64,000 bases of DNA, taken from the NCBI GenBank assembly GCA_947626015.1, contig CANQQK010000001.1, positions 20,349 to 84,348 of the forward strand. The letters are read 5' to 3'. Positions 27,527-37,085 of the stretch are shown here, one piece after another. This stretch comes from an uncultured Bacilli bacterium. Its GTDB lineage: Bacteria; Bacillota_I; Bacilli_A; RF39; UBA660. Under the pieces are notes generated by a model, which was given only the letters and a program-made list of their open reading frames with translations, made no database searches and was not told the origin of the DNA. Within the stretch, counting starts at the first letter, position 1. Each line of letters opens with the position of its first letter. Both the position numbers and the translations under genes were made by a program.

Positions 27527-29068
27527 ATGAAATGTATGAAATGTGGTAAGAATATACCAGATGTATCAACAACATGTCCTTTTTGTGATCATCCTGTAGG
27601 AGTATATGTTAAAGATAAAGACAAGATTACTATACCTGATGAAGATGATGTCCCTCCAATAAAATTCTCTGGTGGTTCCAATAGTGATAATCTAGAATTA
27701 AATGCTTATATCGATGAACCTGAAGAGAAGAAGAGTAAAATAGGAATCTTTGTTATTATTGGTTTGGTTATTGTTATCATTATTTTAGTTATTATTATGT
27801 TTATGACTTTTTCTAATACTTCTAAGAAAAATGATTATCATAAATTCTTTACGGAACCTCTTAATACTTTATTTAATCATATTACCGAAAACTACACTGG
27901 CAATTATGCTATCAGTTCTGGTAAATATACGATTAATGGGCAAATAAATTATGATGCTTTTGTTATAACGGGTAATTATGCTTTCGACACTAAAGATCGG
28001 ATAGCAACCTTAACTGGTAAAGCTTATTCTAATAACAATAATCCTAATGAAATCGTTGTAGATTATAATGAACTTAATTTTGAATTCTATTTACGTCGTG
28101 ATGAAGCAACGTTCTCTTCAAATGATATCTTTGATAAAGCTATTATCTTCCCAATCGATGATGAATTTGGCATTCTATCATCTAAGGGTTATGATTTAGA
28201 AGCTATCTTAAATGGTTTAAAGGAAGCTTTAACTAAAGGACTTGAAGAATTAGAGATTAAAACTAATGATGATAATATCAATAGTTTTGGAATATCTATC
28301 GATGTTAATAAGAGTACGATTACTTTAAATAATGAAGCTCGAAGAACCTTCTATAAAACAATCTATAAAACCTTATTAGATGATTCTAATTTTATCAATG
28401 AATATGCCCGTTTAAGAAATATATCAAGTGATGAAATGCAAGAAAAGCTTCAAGAATTATATGATGATGCTGATTATACTTATCCAATTGGTGAAGGAGA
28501 AGATACCGTACTTTCCGTATATCATCAAGATGGTAAATTATATCGCATGGAAATGATTATTCATAGTGAAGATTCTAATCAAAATATTGAATTAGATATC
28601 GGTAATGATATGTTAGATTTAGAAATCTATCGTGATGGTAAAAATATTGCTTCTTCTTCCTTGGAGTTCAGTAGTGAAGATAATGGTAATACGATTCGTA
28701 AGAATTATCGTTTAACATATGATGACGATGATGCTCAAAGAACTTTTGAAATTGAAATCCTTAAAGATAAAGAACCTGAGTTAAAGAAGATGAATTTTGA
28801 TAATACGATCAATGTTCGTGAATTAACCGAGCAAGATTATGAAACGATTGAAGAAAATTTGGAAGTCTTTATGACGGATACGGAATGGGTAAAACCATTT
28901 GGAGCATCTTTTGCTAATCAATGTACTCCAGAATTAAATTGTAATTGTCCAACTAATTCCAAAACATGTAGTTGTTCTTATAATGGTACACTGATAACCT
29001 GTAATAAGGAAGATGTAACCAAAAAAGAAGAGGAACCAACGACGGAAAATGTTTCTGATAAGGAATAA
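27527..29068 (+). CDS. Zinc-ribbon / TM / extracellular-domain protein (YvbJ-like architecture), family member 1
   Basis: MKCMKCGKNIPDVSTTCPFCDHPV; TM IFVIIGLVIVIIILVIIMFM; 400-aa ectodomain with a Cys-rich C-terminal tail (NCNCPTNSKTCSCSYNGTLITCNKE). Confidence 0.6.
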   Translation: MKCMKCGKNIPDVSTTCPFCDHPVGVYVKDKDKITIPDEDDVPPIKFSGGSNSDNLELNAYIDEPEEKKSKIGIFVIIGLVIVIIILVIIMFMTFSNTSKKNDYHKFFTEPLNTLFNHITENYTGNYAISSGKYTINGQINYDAFVITGNYAFDTKDRIATLTGKAYSNNNNPNEIVVDYNELNFEFYLRRDEATFSSNDIFDKAIIFPIDDEFGILSSKGYDLEAILNGLKEALTKGLEELEIKTNDDNINSFGISIDVNKSTITLNNEARRTFYKTIYKTLLDDSNFINEYARLRNISSDEMQEKLQELYDDADYTYPIGEGEDTVLSVYHQDGKLYRMEMIIHSEDSNQNIELDIGNDMLDLEIYRDGKNIASSSLEFSSEDNGNTIRKNYRLTYDDDDAQRTFEIEILKDKEPELKKMNFDNTINVRELTEQDYETIEENLEVFMTDTEWVKPFGASFANQCTPELNCNCPTNSKTCSCSYNGTLITCNKEDVTKKEEEPTTENVSDKE

Positions 29069-29152
29069 ATTGAATTTAAACTATTGAAAATCATTTTTAA
29101 ATAAGTTATATTATAATAGATGAAATACTAGAAAGAAGTTAAGAGGGTAATT

Positions 29153-30922
29153 ATGAAATGTATATCATGTGGAAATGAAATTCCTAATACTTCTACTGCG
29201 TGTCCATTTTGTGGCAAAGAAGTAACACCTATTGAGGGTGGAGTAACACCAACATATGCTGAACAACCAGAGCAAGATTTTAGTGTTAATCCATTGGTTA
29301 CACAAGAGAGTACGCCAATGCCAGCAGCACCAGTAGATGGAGTTCCTGCAACTCCAGAAAGTCCAGTCTTACCACAAGATCAAGGACTACCAGTTGAACC
29401 TGTAGCACCAGCTGTACCAGTTGGTAATGAGGTTTCACCAGAGTCAGCTACTATTCCACCAATCCCTGGTAGTGAAGCTGAAACACCTAAGATGCCTGCT
29501 GTTGATCCAAACCCACCGGTTGTATCAGCAACTTCAGGAGTTATTACAAATAATGAACCAACACCTCCAGCTCCTCCGGAACTAGATGGTGTTAAAGAAT
29601 CATCTTCAGCTATTGTGGAAGCTGATAAGAAAAAAGCTAAGAATAAGAAATTAATGAAGATCGTCATCATCGTTTTAGTTCTATTATTAATCATCGGTGG
29701 TGGTGCTTTTGGTTATGTTTATTATACCCAAACGCAAACAGCTGCTAAGAGAATCAATACACTTATCGATCAAGTATTGAAGTTTGATGGTAATACTACA
29801 GAAGCTTTAAAGACCGCTAGTGGTAAATATAATTTCAGTGGTGAGATAAGCGTTGGTGATCAAGGATTCAGTGGCAGCATGTCAGGTATCTATGCTTATG
29901 ACTTAGAGAAAAAGATTATTGATTATACCTTAAATCTTGAAAAGTTAAATGTTGCTGGTACAGAATTAATCGATAAAGAAGCTTTGAATGTTGAATTATA
30001 TTATGCTGATTCAAATATCTATATTTTATTACAAAATTTCTTCGATAAATATATCTATACTGAAGTAACAGGTATGGAAGAATTATTAGATAATATCTCT
30101 AAGAATGATATCGATAATTTAACAATTCTTAACGGAATGAAAGCGGCTTTAAAAGCAAGCATTAATTCCTTAGGTAAGAAACAAGCAGTTAAAGATATCG
30201 AAATTGGTGATGTTAAAACCAAAGCTAATGTTATTACGATTACTTTAAATAAAGAGATGCTTAAGAACTTTGTAAGTAATTTCTTAAATAATATTGCTAA
30301 TAATGAAAATTTATTAAAGGAACTTGCTAAACTTGATGAAGAATATACCGCTGATAAGATCAAAGAACAAATCGAAGCTAATATCGATGAAATCAAGAAA
30401 AATATCGATGATAGTGATTCTGAATTTAAAGAGAGTATTGAAATCTATACCGCTATGTTTGGTGAAGAATTCTATGGTTTACGTATTACCGACTTAGGAG
30501 TAGAAACTCCTGGTAAAGTAGAAGTTTATAAAGTTGATAAAGGATATAAGATAATCCTAAGTGAAGGTAAGAATGAAATCTTAAATCTAACCTATACTTG
30601 TGATGCACAAAAGAGTAAGGATAATACCGAAACAACTTATGGTTTAGATGTTATCATGAATAGTGATGGTGAAGTTCTTAAGATTAAAGGTGAATTTAAA
30701 GATACAAGAGATGTTAATCCAAAGGTCGAAAGAGTTAATACTAAGGAAAGTGTTAATGTTGAAAATCTTACGGAAGCTGACTTAACTGGCATCCTTGAAA
30801 AGATTAGTAACTTTGGTAATTTAGGATTATTGGTTCAAAGCTTACTTACTGAAATGCAACAACCAACTGATACTACGACATCAATTGTTACACCATCAAC
30901 GGATACCATACCAATGAATTAA
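29153..30922 (+). CDS. Zinc-ribbon / Pro-rich linker / TM / extracellular-domain protein, family member 2 (tandem paralog)
   Basis: MKCISCGNEIPNTSTACPFCGKEV; about 130-aa Pro/Val/Ala-rich spacer; TM IVIIVLVLLLIIGGGAFGYVYY; ectodomain alignable with the upstream gene (SGKYTINGQINYDAF versus SGKYNFSGEISVGDQGF). Confidence 0.6.
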   Translation: MKCISCGNEIPNTSTACPFCGKEVTPIEGGVTPTYAEQPEQDFSVNPLVTQESTPMPAAPVDGVPATPESPVLPQDQGLPVEPVAPAVPVGNEVSPESATIPPIPGSEAETPKMPAVDPNPPVVSATSGVITNNEPTPPAPPELDGVKESSSAIVEADKKKAKNKKLMKIVIIVLVLLLIIGGGAFGYVYYTQTQTAAKRINTLIDQVLKFDGNTTEALKTASGKYNFSGEISVGDQGFSGSMSGIYAYDLEKKIIDYTLNLEKLNVAGTELIDKEALNVELYYADSNIYILLQNFFDKYIYTEVTGMEELLDNISKNDIDNLTILNGMKAALKASINSLGKKQAVKDIEIGDVKTKANVITITLNKEMLKNFVSNFLNNIANNENLLKELAKLDEEYTADKIKEQIEANIDEIKKNIDDSDSEFKESIEIYTAMFGEEFYGLRITDLGVETPGKVEVYKVDKGYKIILSEGKNEILNLTYTCDAQKSKDNTETTYGLDVIMNSDGEVLKIKGEFKDTRDVNPKVERVNTKESVNVENLTEADLTGILEKISNFGNLGLLVQSLLTEMQQPTDTTTSIVTPSTDTIPMN

Positions 30923-30950
30923 AAGCTATTTATAAATAGCTTTTTTTTTA
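30923..30950 (+). terminator. Rho-independent terminator
   Basis: AAGCTATTTATAAATAGCTT palindrome followed by TTTTTTTT. Confidence 0.6.
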
Positions 30951-30976
30951 TTATAATGGTCTTAGAGGTGACTGGG

Positions 30977-33160
30977 ATGTATGCTGATGTATTGATTCAA
31001 TATGGTACTAAAGAATTAGATCGAACATTTACTTATCGAATACCCGAAAATCTTCGAGATATTATTGATGTTGGTATGAAGGTATATGTTCCTTTTGCTA
31101 GTAATAAGATCAATGGTTTTGTCTTAAAGATTCATGAACATATGGATGAAGTAGATTATGAAATCAAAGACATTATTGATGTTATCAATAAGGATTTTAA
31201 ATTAAATAAAGAATTATTAGAATTAGGTCATTATATCAAAGAGAAGACTTTATGTACTTTGATAAGTGCTTATCAAACGATGTTACCTAGTTCCCTAAAG
31301 GTTAATAATAGTAAAGAGAGTTATAGTTTAATTATTAAATATCTTTCTTTAGCGTGCAATCCCGATGAACTAGATAGTAAAGAATTACAGCTTACGAAAA
31401 GACAAAAGGAAATTATTGATATTTTAAAAAAGGGAAGAGTTTTAAAGAAAGATATTAAAAGTCCGGGACCAATTAAAAAATTATTAGAGCTAAACTTAAT
31501 CAAGGAAGAAAGCGAAATGGTATATCGCTTACATAATGAGGAAAAGAAGGAGAGTGGATATACCTTAACCGAAGATCAGACTCGTGTTTATGAGGAGATT
31601 AAGGAGGAATATCATCATGATAAGACCATCTTACTACATGGAGTAACCGGCAGTGGTAAGACCGAGGTTTATATGCGTCTTTGCGAAGATATGATTAAGG
31701 AGAATAAATCCGTAATCATGTTGGTACCGGAGATATCCCTAACGACCCAAATCGTTAGAAGATTTTATAATCGTTTTGGTGATGATGTTGCTATCTTTCA
31801 TTCCAGTTTAAGTGATGGGGAAAAGTATGATGAATATAAAAAGATCATGAATAAGGAGATTCATATCGTCGTCGGTACGCGTTCAGCTATCTTTACTCCC
31901 GTAAAGGATTTAGATTTAATCATCATCGATGAGGAACATTCATCAACCTATAAACAAGAAAACAATCCGCGTTATCATGCTTTAGATATGGCAACATTTC
32001 GTTCTAAATATCATAAATGTCCCATCCTTTTAGGTTCCGCAACGCCATCATTAGAGAGCATGGCGAGAGCTTTAAAGGGTGTTTATAAATATGTAGAACT
32101 TAAGAAGAGAATCGGTACATCAACGATGCCACATATCGAAATTATCGACATGGTTCCCGAATTTAAAAAACGTAATATGATTCTATCCGATACGTTAAAG
32201 GAAAAGATTATGCAAACCCTAGAACGTAAAGAACAGGTAATGTTGCTTTTAAATCGTCGAGGGTTTTCGACCATTGTAACATGTCAATGTTGTGGTTTTA
32301 CCTATAAATGTCCGCATTGTGATATTTCCCTTACTTATCATAAGACAAGCAATAGTTTAAGATGTCATTATTGTGGTTATACGGTTATAAGATCGGATAC
32401 CTGTCCGGAATGTGGGGAAGAAGGTATTCGTAGTTATGGTTTAGGTACGGAAAAAGTAGAAGAGTTATTGCATGAATTATATCCGTCATATCGTATTCAG
32501 AGGATGGATGCCGATACGACGAGTCGCAAAGGGGAGCATGAAAGAATTATCAAGGATATCGAGGATGAAAAGATCGATATCATCATTGGGACCCAAATGA
32601 TTTCTAAGGGCTTGGACTTCCCTAAGGTCACCTTAGTAGGTATCATTAATGCTGATGAATCCTTAAATATTCCTGACTTCCGTAGTGGGGAGAATACCTT
32701 CAATCTCTTAAGTCAAGTAAGTGGGCGTGCTGGTCGCTCTAAATATCCCGGGGAAGTTATTATCCAAACCTTCAATCCCGATAATAAAACCTTATTATAC
32801 GTTGCTAAAAACGATTATATGAGCAACTATCTCTATGAGATGAATATTCGTAAGCTTCTTAAATATCCCCCTTATTACTATTTGGTAAGTATTAAGGTAA
32901 CTTCGAAGAATTATGAACTTGCTAGTAAGGAATCCGTTAAGGTTGCTAATTATCTTCGTAACCATATCGATATTTCGAGTATCTGTTTAGGCCCAACTAC
33001 CGCAGCAATGTTTCGTATCAATAATATCTATCGTTTTCAAATCATCATCAAATATCGTCATGATGATAAGTTAATGAATTGTTTAAAAGATATCGATCAA
33101 GAATTTTTAAGCAAAAAGAATGTTAATATCGAAATCGATATCGATCCTTTAAGAATTTAA
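30977..33160 (+). CDS. priA: Primosomal protein N' (replication restart helicase PriA)
   Basis: Walker A LLHGVTGSGKTEVY, DEEH box, Cys-rich zinc-binding insert (CQCCGFTYKCPHCDISLTYH...CHYCGY...CPECG), helicase C motifs GTQMISKGLDFP. Confidence 0.92.
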   Translation: MYADVLIQYGTKELDRTFTYRIPENLRDIIDVGMKVYVPFASNKINGFVLKIHEHMDEVDYEIKDIIDVINKDFKLNKELLELGHYIKEKTLCTLISAYQTMLPSSLKVNNSKESYSLIIKYLSLACNPDELDSKELQLTKRQKEIIDILKKGRVLKKDIKSPGPIKKLLELNLIKEESEMVYRLHNEEKKESGYTLTEDQTRVYEEIKEEYHHDKTILLHGVTGSGKTEVYMRLCEDMIKENKSVIMLVPEISLTTQIVRRFYNRFGDDVAIFHSSLSDGEKYDEYKKIMNKEIHIVVGTRSAIFTPVKDLDLIIIDEEHSSTYKQENNPRYHALDMATFRSKYHKCPILLGSATPSLESMARALKGVYKYVELKKRIGTSTMPHIEIIDMVPEFKKRNMILSDTLKEKIMQTLERKEQVMLLLNRRGFSTIVTCQCCGFTYKCPHCDISLTYHKTSNSLRCHYCGYTVIRSDTCPECGEEGIRSYGLGTEKVEELLHELYPSYRIQRMDADTTSRKGEHERIIKDIEDEKIDIIIGTQMISKGLDFPKVTLVGIINADESLNIPDFRSGENTFNLLSQVSGRAGRSKYPGEVIIQTFNPDNKTLLYVAKNDYMSNYLYEMNIRKLLKYPPYYYLVSIKVTSKNYELASKESVKVANYLRNHIDISSICLGPTTAAMFRINNIYRFQIIIKYRHDDKLMNCLKDIDQEFLSKKNVNIEIDIDPLRI

Positions 33161-33219
33161 AATTTGCAATTTTTAGTTAATATGAGTATAATAAATTCCA
33201 TCAAAAGAAGGGGATTTTA

Positions 33220-34035
33220 ATGAAAAGGTTTGAATTTGTTGATCGTGTTGTTGAAGATGGTATTGAAAAGAACCTTTATATGTCTTTGGAGGATGGTACT
33301 TGTTATACCTTCACGGATGAAGAGGTTAATACCATTGAAACAGCTGAAGCTAATATTGCTAGAAGAAGAGCTAAAAGAGAAGAACAAAAAGTTATTAAAG
33401 CCCGTCGTAGTAAAAGAAGAAAAAGAATTCTATGTTATCTATTAGCAGCAGTAATGTTATTATCTCTTCATACCTCCTTAAAGGAACCGATTAAAGAAGA
33501 AGGGGTATCGATATTTTCCCCGGTTGCTAGCGAAGATACTTCCATCTATCGGGATAAACTAGTGCGTCTTTTAAATAAAGGGGAAGCCGATTATGAAAAG
33601 GAAGATTATCGTAATCTTTACTATCTATATTATAATGCATATCTAAGTGGTAATGATGGTCTTTTATTAAGTTCGATGGTGGATATCGATAATGATACCT
33701 CCCTTTTGAGTAAAGAGGATTTTTCAGAGTGGCTTACCACGGGTAAGGTAAATATTACCTCCCTAATCGATGGTAGTGTAATTGCTGCTAGTACTGTTAG
33801 TGCAGGAAATATGGACATCTTCTTAAACTTCAATGCTTGTTTAAAAAGAGAGGTTGCTAAAGGTCGTCTTACGATGGAAGATTATATGCATTATTTCATG
33901 GGCTTTAGAGAAGCTCTAGAGGTTAAAGATACGGATTTAGCAAGAGTATGGGATTACTATGGTAGTAATGGTAATACCATCGATGGTATTATCGATGTTA
34001 AATTGTTATGTTATGAGGAACAATTAAAAAAATAG
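33220..34035 (+). CDS. Hypothetical membrane protein (basic N-terminus, 1 TM, extracellular domain)
   Basis: RRRAKREEQKVIKARRSKRRKR then TM ILCYLLAAVMLLSLHTSL. Confidence 0.45.
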   Translation: MKRFEFVDRVVEDGIEKNLYMSLEDGTCYTFTDEEVNTIETAEANIARRRAKREEQKVIKARRSKRRKRILCYLLAAVMLLSLHTSLKEPIKEEGVSIFSPVASEDTSIYRDKLVRLLNKGEADYEKEDYRNLYYLYYNAYLSGNDGLLLSSMVDIDNDTSLLSKEDFSEWLTTGKVNITSLIDGSVIAASTVSAGNMDIFLNFNACLKREVAKGRLTMEDYMHYFMGFREALEVKDTDLARVWDYYGSNGNTIDGIIDVKLLCYEEQLKK

Positions 34036-34038
34036 GTC

Positions 34039-34067
34039 TTGCTAAATTATAGAAATGATATTATAAT
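34039..34067 (+). promoter_or_regulatory. Sigma-A promoter TTGCTA-17-TATAAT for the LOG-like/glyQS operon
   Basis: TTGCTA at 34039..34044, TATAAT at 34062..34067. Confidence 0.55.
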
Positions 34068-34081
34068 TATGGACATGAAGC

Positions 34082-34179
34082 GATGACGGGGTGGAATCCC
34101 AGAGCTATATAACAAAGGAGAACAAAGTATGGTGGAACAGCGAGTAATATCGCCCATATATGCTTTGTTCTATTTTTTT
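34082..34179 (+). promoter_or_regulatory. T-box-like leader fragment: GCGAUGA K-turn-like start, antiterminator-like helix with 7-nt UGGAACA bulge, embedded in a terminator hairpin plus U-tract
   Basis: AGAACAAAG(34119..34127)-UAUGG-UGGAACA-GCGA-GUAAUA-UCGC-CCAUA-UAUG-CUUUGUUCU(34163..34171)-AUUUUUUU. The bulge UGGA matches the T-box NCCA-binding bulge for a tRNA with U73 (Gly), and glyQS is downstream. No stem I/specifier loop fits in the roughly 40 nt between the TSS and the element. Confidence 0.4.
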
Positions 34180-34192
34180 GGAGGAATAAAAA

Positions 34193-34768
34193 ATGAGGAT
34201 ATTTGTCGGTTGTTCATCTAATTCTAATGTTCCATTAGAATATCGTGATTTGGCAAGCAATGTAGCAACAAGTCTTGCCCAAAATAATCATAAATTAGTA
34301 TTTAAAGGTGAAGAAGAAGGAATGAGTGGTAAATGTTTTATGACCTTCAAATATGAAGGTGCTAAAACAAAAGCCATCGTTGAAGCTAAGAAGTTAGATG
34401 CCTTAAAAGAGATCGAAGTCGATGCTTATGAAGTAGAAATGAACACCTTTGATCGTACCAAGAAGATCTATGCTTCATCAGAAGTCATCCTTATCCTTCC
34501 TGGAGGACTCGGGACCCTAGCAGAGTTATTTTCTTTTCTTGAAGAAAAGAAGAATACTAATGGCGATATGCCGATTATCTTATTTAATTATAATCACTAT
34601 TATGATCCCTTACTTCTCTTTTTAAAGAGTATCTTTAAACAAGGTTTTATTAGTGAAAGTGAACTAAAAAGAATCGATGTTGTAAGTGATATTAGAAGTC
34701 TTGAATTATATTTAAAGAGATTAGAAAAAGAAGAAAATAAGAAAGAAGATGTTAAAGATGAAAAATGA
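34193..34768 (+). CDS. LOG-family (TIGR00730, YvdD-like) putative nucleotide phosphoribohydrolase
   Basis: ILPGGLGTLAELF (PGGxGTxxE motif), N-terminus MRIFVGCSSNS; the glycine-rich GGGxGxMG motif is degenerate (KGEEEGMSG). Confidence 0.7.
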   Translation: MRIFVGCSSNSNVPLEYRDLASNVATSLAQNNHKLVFKGEEEGMSGKCFMTFKYEGAKTKAIVEAKKLDALKEIEVDAYEVEMNTFDRTKKIYASSEVILILPGGLGTLAELFSFLEEKKNTNGDMPIILFNYNHYYDPLLLFLKSIFKQGFISESELKRIDVVSDIRSLELYLKRLEKEENKKEDVKDEK

Positions 34769-36125
34769 TATGGATAATTTAGTTAATTTTTGTAAACAAT
34801 ATGGTTTTATATTTCAAGGTAGTGAGATCTATGGTGGTCTTGCTAATACTTGGGATTACGGTCCTTTAGGATCACGTCTTAAAAATGCCGTTAAGGACTG
34901 CTGGCGTAAACGTTTTATTCAAGAGCGTAATAATGCTTATGAGTTGGATGCTGATATCTTAATGCACCCACGTGTTTGGGAAGCATCTGGTCATGTTAGT
35001 GGTTTTTCCGATCCCCTTGCTGATTGTAAGGAATGTAAGATGCGTCATCGTGTTGATAACTTGATCAATGATTATTCCCATTCAAGTATCGGTGATAAGA
35101 TGACAAAAGAAGAGATGATGAACTATATTCGTGAGAATAAGGTTCCATGTCCAAAATGTGGTAAATCTAATTTTACCGATATTAGAGAATTCAATTTGAT
35201 GTTTGAAACCCAAAGAGGTGTCGTTAATGATGCTAAGAATATCGTTTATCTAAGACCAGAAAATGCTCAAGGTGAATATGTTAATTTCTTAAATGTTCAA
35301 AGAACGATGCGTGCTAAATTACCTTTCTCAATTGGTCAAATAGGTAAGGCTTTCCGTAATGAGATTACTCCTGGTAACTTTACCTTCCGTACAATCGAAT
35401 TTGAACAAATGGAATATCAAACATTCTGCAAGGAAGGTACCGATCAAGAACTTTATGAATACTTTAAAGATTATGGTAAACACTTCTTTATGGATTTAGG
35501 TTTACCAGAGGATAAACTTCGTTATCATGATCATGAAAAGTTAGCATTCTATGCTAAAGCTGCTTGTGATATCGAATACTTATTCTCCTTTGGTTGGGGG
35601 GAAATCAATGGTACGCATAATCGTACGGATTATGATCTATCAAGACATGAAGAATATTCTAAGGTACCACAAAAGTATTTAGATCCGGAGACCAATGAGA
35701 AATTTATTCCTTATATTATCGAATCAACTTATGGACTTGATCGTACGGTACTTGCTCTTCTTAATGAAGCTTATACCGAAGAGAAGATGGATAATGATGA
35801 TACCCGTGTCATCTTAAAATTAAAACCATTCTTAGCTCCATATAAGGTTGCTGTATTACCTTTAATAAAGAAAAATCATGCTGAAAAAGCCCAAGAGTTA
35901 AAGGAAATGTTTGCTAAAGAATTTATGACAACCTATGATGATACAGCTAATATTGGTAAACGTTATCGTCGTCAAGATGCTATTGGTACACCATTCTGTA
36001 TAACGGTTGATGATGAAACCTTGAATAATGGTATGGTAACTTTAAGAGACCGTGATACGATGGAACAAATAACGCTAAAGATTGAAGAGGTGGCTGATTA
36101 TGTTAAAGCAAGAATCATTTTCTAA
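34749..36125 (+). CDS. glyQS: Glycyl-tRNA synthetase, single-chain alpha2 type (start may be at 34770)
   Basis: GFIFQGSEIYGGLANTWDYGPLGSRLKNAV, class II motifs, FRNEITPGN, C-terminal anticodon-binding domain; overlaps the LOG-like gene. Confidence 0.9.
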   Translation: MLKMKNDMDNLVNFCKQYGFIFQGSEIYGGLANTWDYGPLGSRLKNAVKDCWRKRFIQERNNAYELDADILMHPRVWEASGHVSGFSDPLADCKECKMRHRVDNLINDYSHSSIGDKMTKEEMMNYIRENKVPCPKCGKSNFTDIREFNLMFETQRGVVNDAKNIVYLRPENAQGEYVNFLNVQRTMRAKLPFSIGQIGKAFRNEITPGNFTFRTIEFEQMEYQTFCKEGTDQELYEYFKDYGKHFFMDLGLPEDKLRYHDHEKLAFYAKAACDIEYLFSFGWGEINGTHNRTDYDLSRHEEYSKVPQKYLDPETNEKFIPYIIESTYGLDRTVLALLNEAYTEEKMDNDDTRVILKLKPFLAPYKVAVLPLIKKNHAEKAQELKEMFAKEFMTTYDDTANIGKRYRRQDAIGTPFCITVDDETLNNGMVTLRDRDTMEQITLKIEEVADYVKARIIF

Positions 36126-36540
36126 GAAAATTATTAATATAACCCTTATTCTATTGGTTGTTATGTCCTTATGTGGATGTAAGAATGAGACCAAAGAAAG
36201 TAGTGAAGAACCATCAACAACGGTGTCTTTACCTACTAGTACAACGACAAGTATAACGACATCGACATCTACGATTAGTAAAACAACTAAGACGACGACT
36301 ACGACTGAGAAGTGTACACCTAAGAAGTTTGATCATCCATATACCTATGTTTATGAAACCGAAGAGGAATGTAAGAAAAAATATGAAACGAATATCTTTG
36401 ATGTCATGAATGATGTTAATTCCGAAGTCTTTGCTGGTAATTATCGTAAGATTACTGATGATTGTGGTAAGACTTGGTATGGTGTTTACTTTTATACCTA
36501 TGATGATAAAAATAGCAAAGAAGTCGAGTGGTATTACTAA
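36100..36540 (+). CDS. Putative lipoprotein with Thr-rich linker
   Basis: RBS GAGGTGG 8 nt before ATG at 36100; signal LILLVVMSLCGC; linker TTVSLPTSTTTSITTSTSTISKTTKTTTTTEK; start overlaps the glyQS 3' end. Confidence 0.55.
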   Translation: MLKQESFSKKIINITLILLVVMSLCGCKNETKESSEEPSTTVSLPTSTTTSITTSTSTISKTTKTTTTTEKCTPKKFDHPYTYVYETEEECKKKYETNIFDVMNDVNSEVFAGNYRKITDDCGKTWYGVYFYTYDDKNSKEVEWYY

Positions 36541-36544
36541 TTTT

Positions 36545-36572
36545 AAGGGTATCTTTGATACTCTTTTTTATT
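36545..36572 (+). terminator. Rho-independent terminator
   Basis: AGGGTATC-TTTG-ATACTCTT followed by TTTTATT. Confidence 0.5.
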
Positions 36573-36641
36573 GGAAAAGTATTTACTATTAATTAAGAAA
36601 TATGTTATTATATATATAGTAGTCATACGGAGGTGTTTGCT

Positions 36642-37058
36642 ATGGGATTTAAAAACATTAAGGATGCTTTATTTCCAAAAACGGATGATCCTAATATCGA
36701 TATAACAGAAGATGATTCATATGAAGGAAATGATGATCGCGTAGAATCACGTTCTAATGGTGGTAGCAAGATGATCCTTGTTGAACCTAGAGCTTATTCA
36801 GAAACCCAACAAATAGCGGATCATTTAAAGAGAAGAAATTCCGTTGTTGTAAATTTAAAAAGAGTTACCAATGATCAAGCTAGAAGAATTATTGATTTTT
36901 TAAGTGGAACTCTATATGCCATTGGTGGAGAACTACAAAAATTAGGTAATGGTATCTATCTTTGTACACCTAAAAACGTTAATGTTGAAGGTCGTATAAG
37001 TGATGAAGAAGCCGAAAAGAAGAATAAATCTAAAATAGAAGACGAAATGGATTTTTAG
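36642..37058 (+). CDS. sepF: Cell division protein SepF (YlmF)
   Basis: [30 protein letters not shown]...[31 protein letters not shown], characteristic SepF core; RBS GGAGGTG. Confidence 0.8.
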   Translation: MGFKNIKDALFPKTDDPNIDITEDDSYEGNDDRVESRSNGGSKMILVEPRAYSETQQIADHLKRRNSVVVNLKRVTNDQARRIIDFLSGTLYAIGGELQKLGNGIYLCTPKNVNVEGRISDEEAEKKNKSKIEDEMDF

Positions 37059-37085
37059 AAAATTATCTCGTCTTGAGGTGATAAT

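Noticed and set aside
33947-33982. Near-perfect 12-bp palindrome GGTAATACCATC/GATGGTATTATC inside the 33220..34035 coding region
   Set aside because: It is explained by repeated codons for a GNTIDGIID peptide; no flanking regulatory context.
34082-34179. Calling the leader a complete glycine T-box riboswitch
   Set aside because: Only the antiterminator-like bulge/helix and K-turn-like start are present; there is no room for stem I with a GGC specifier loop, and the terminator stem encloses the antiterminator-like helix instead of competing with it. It is reported only as T-box-like.
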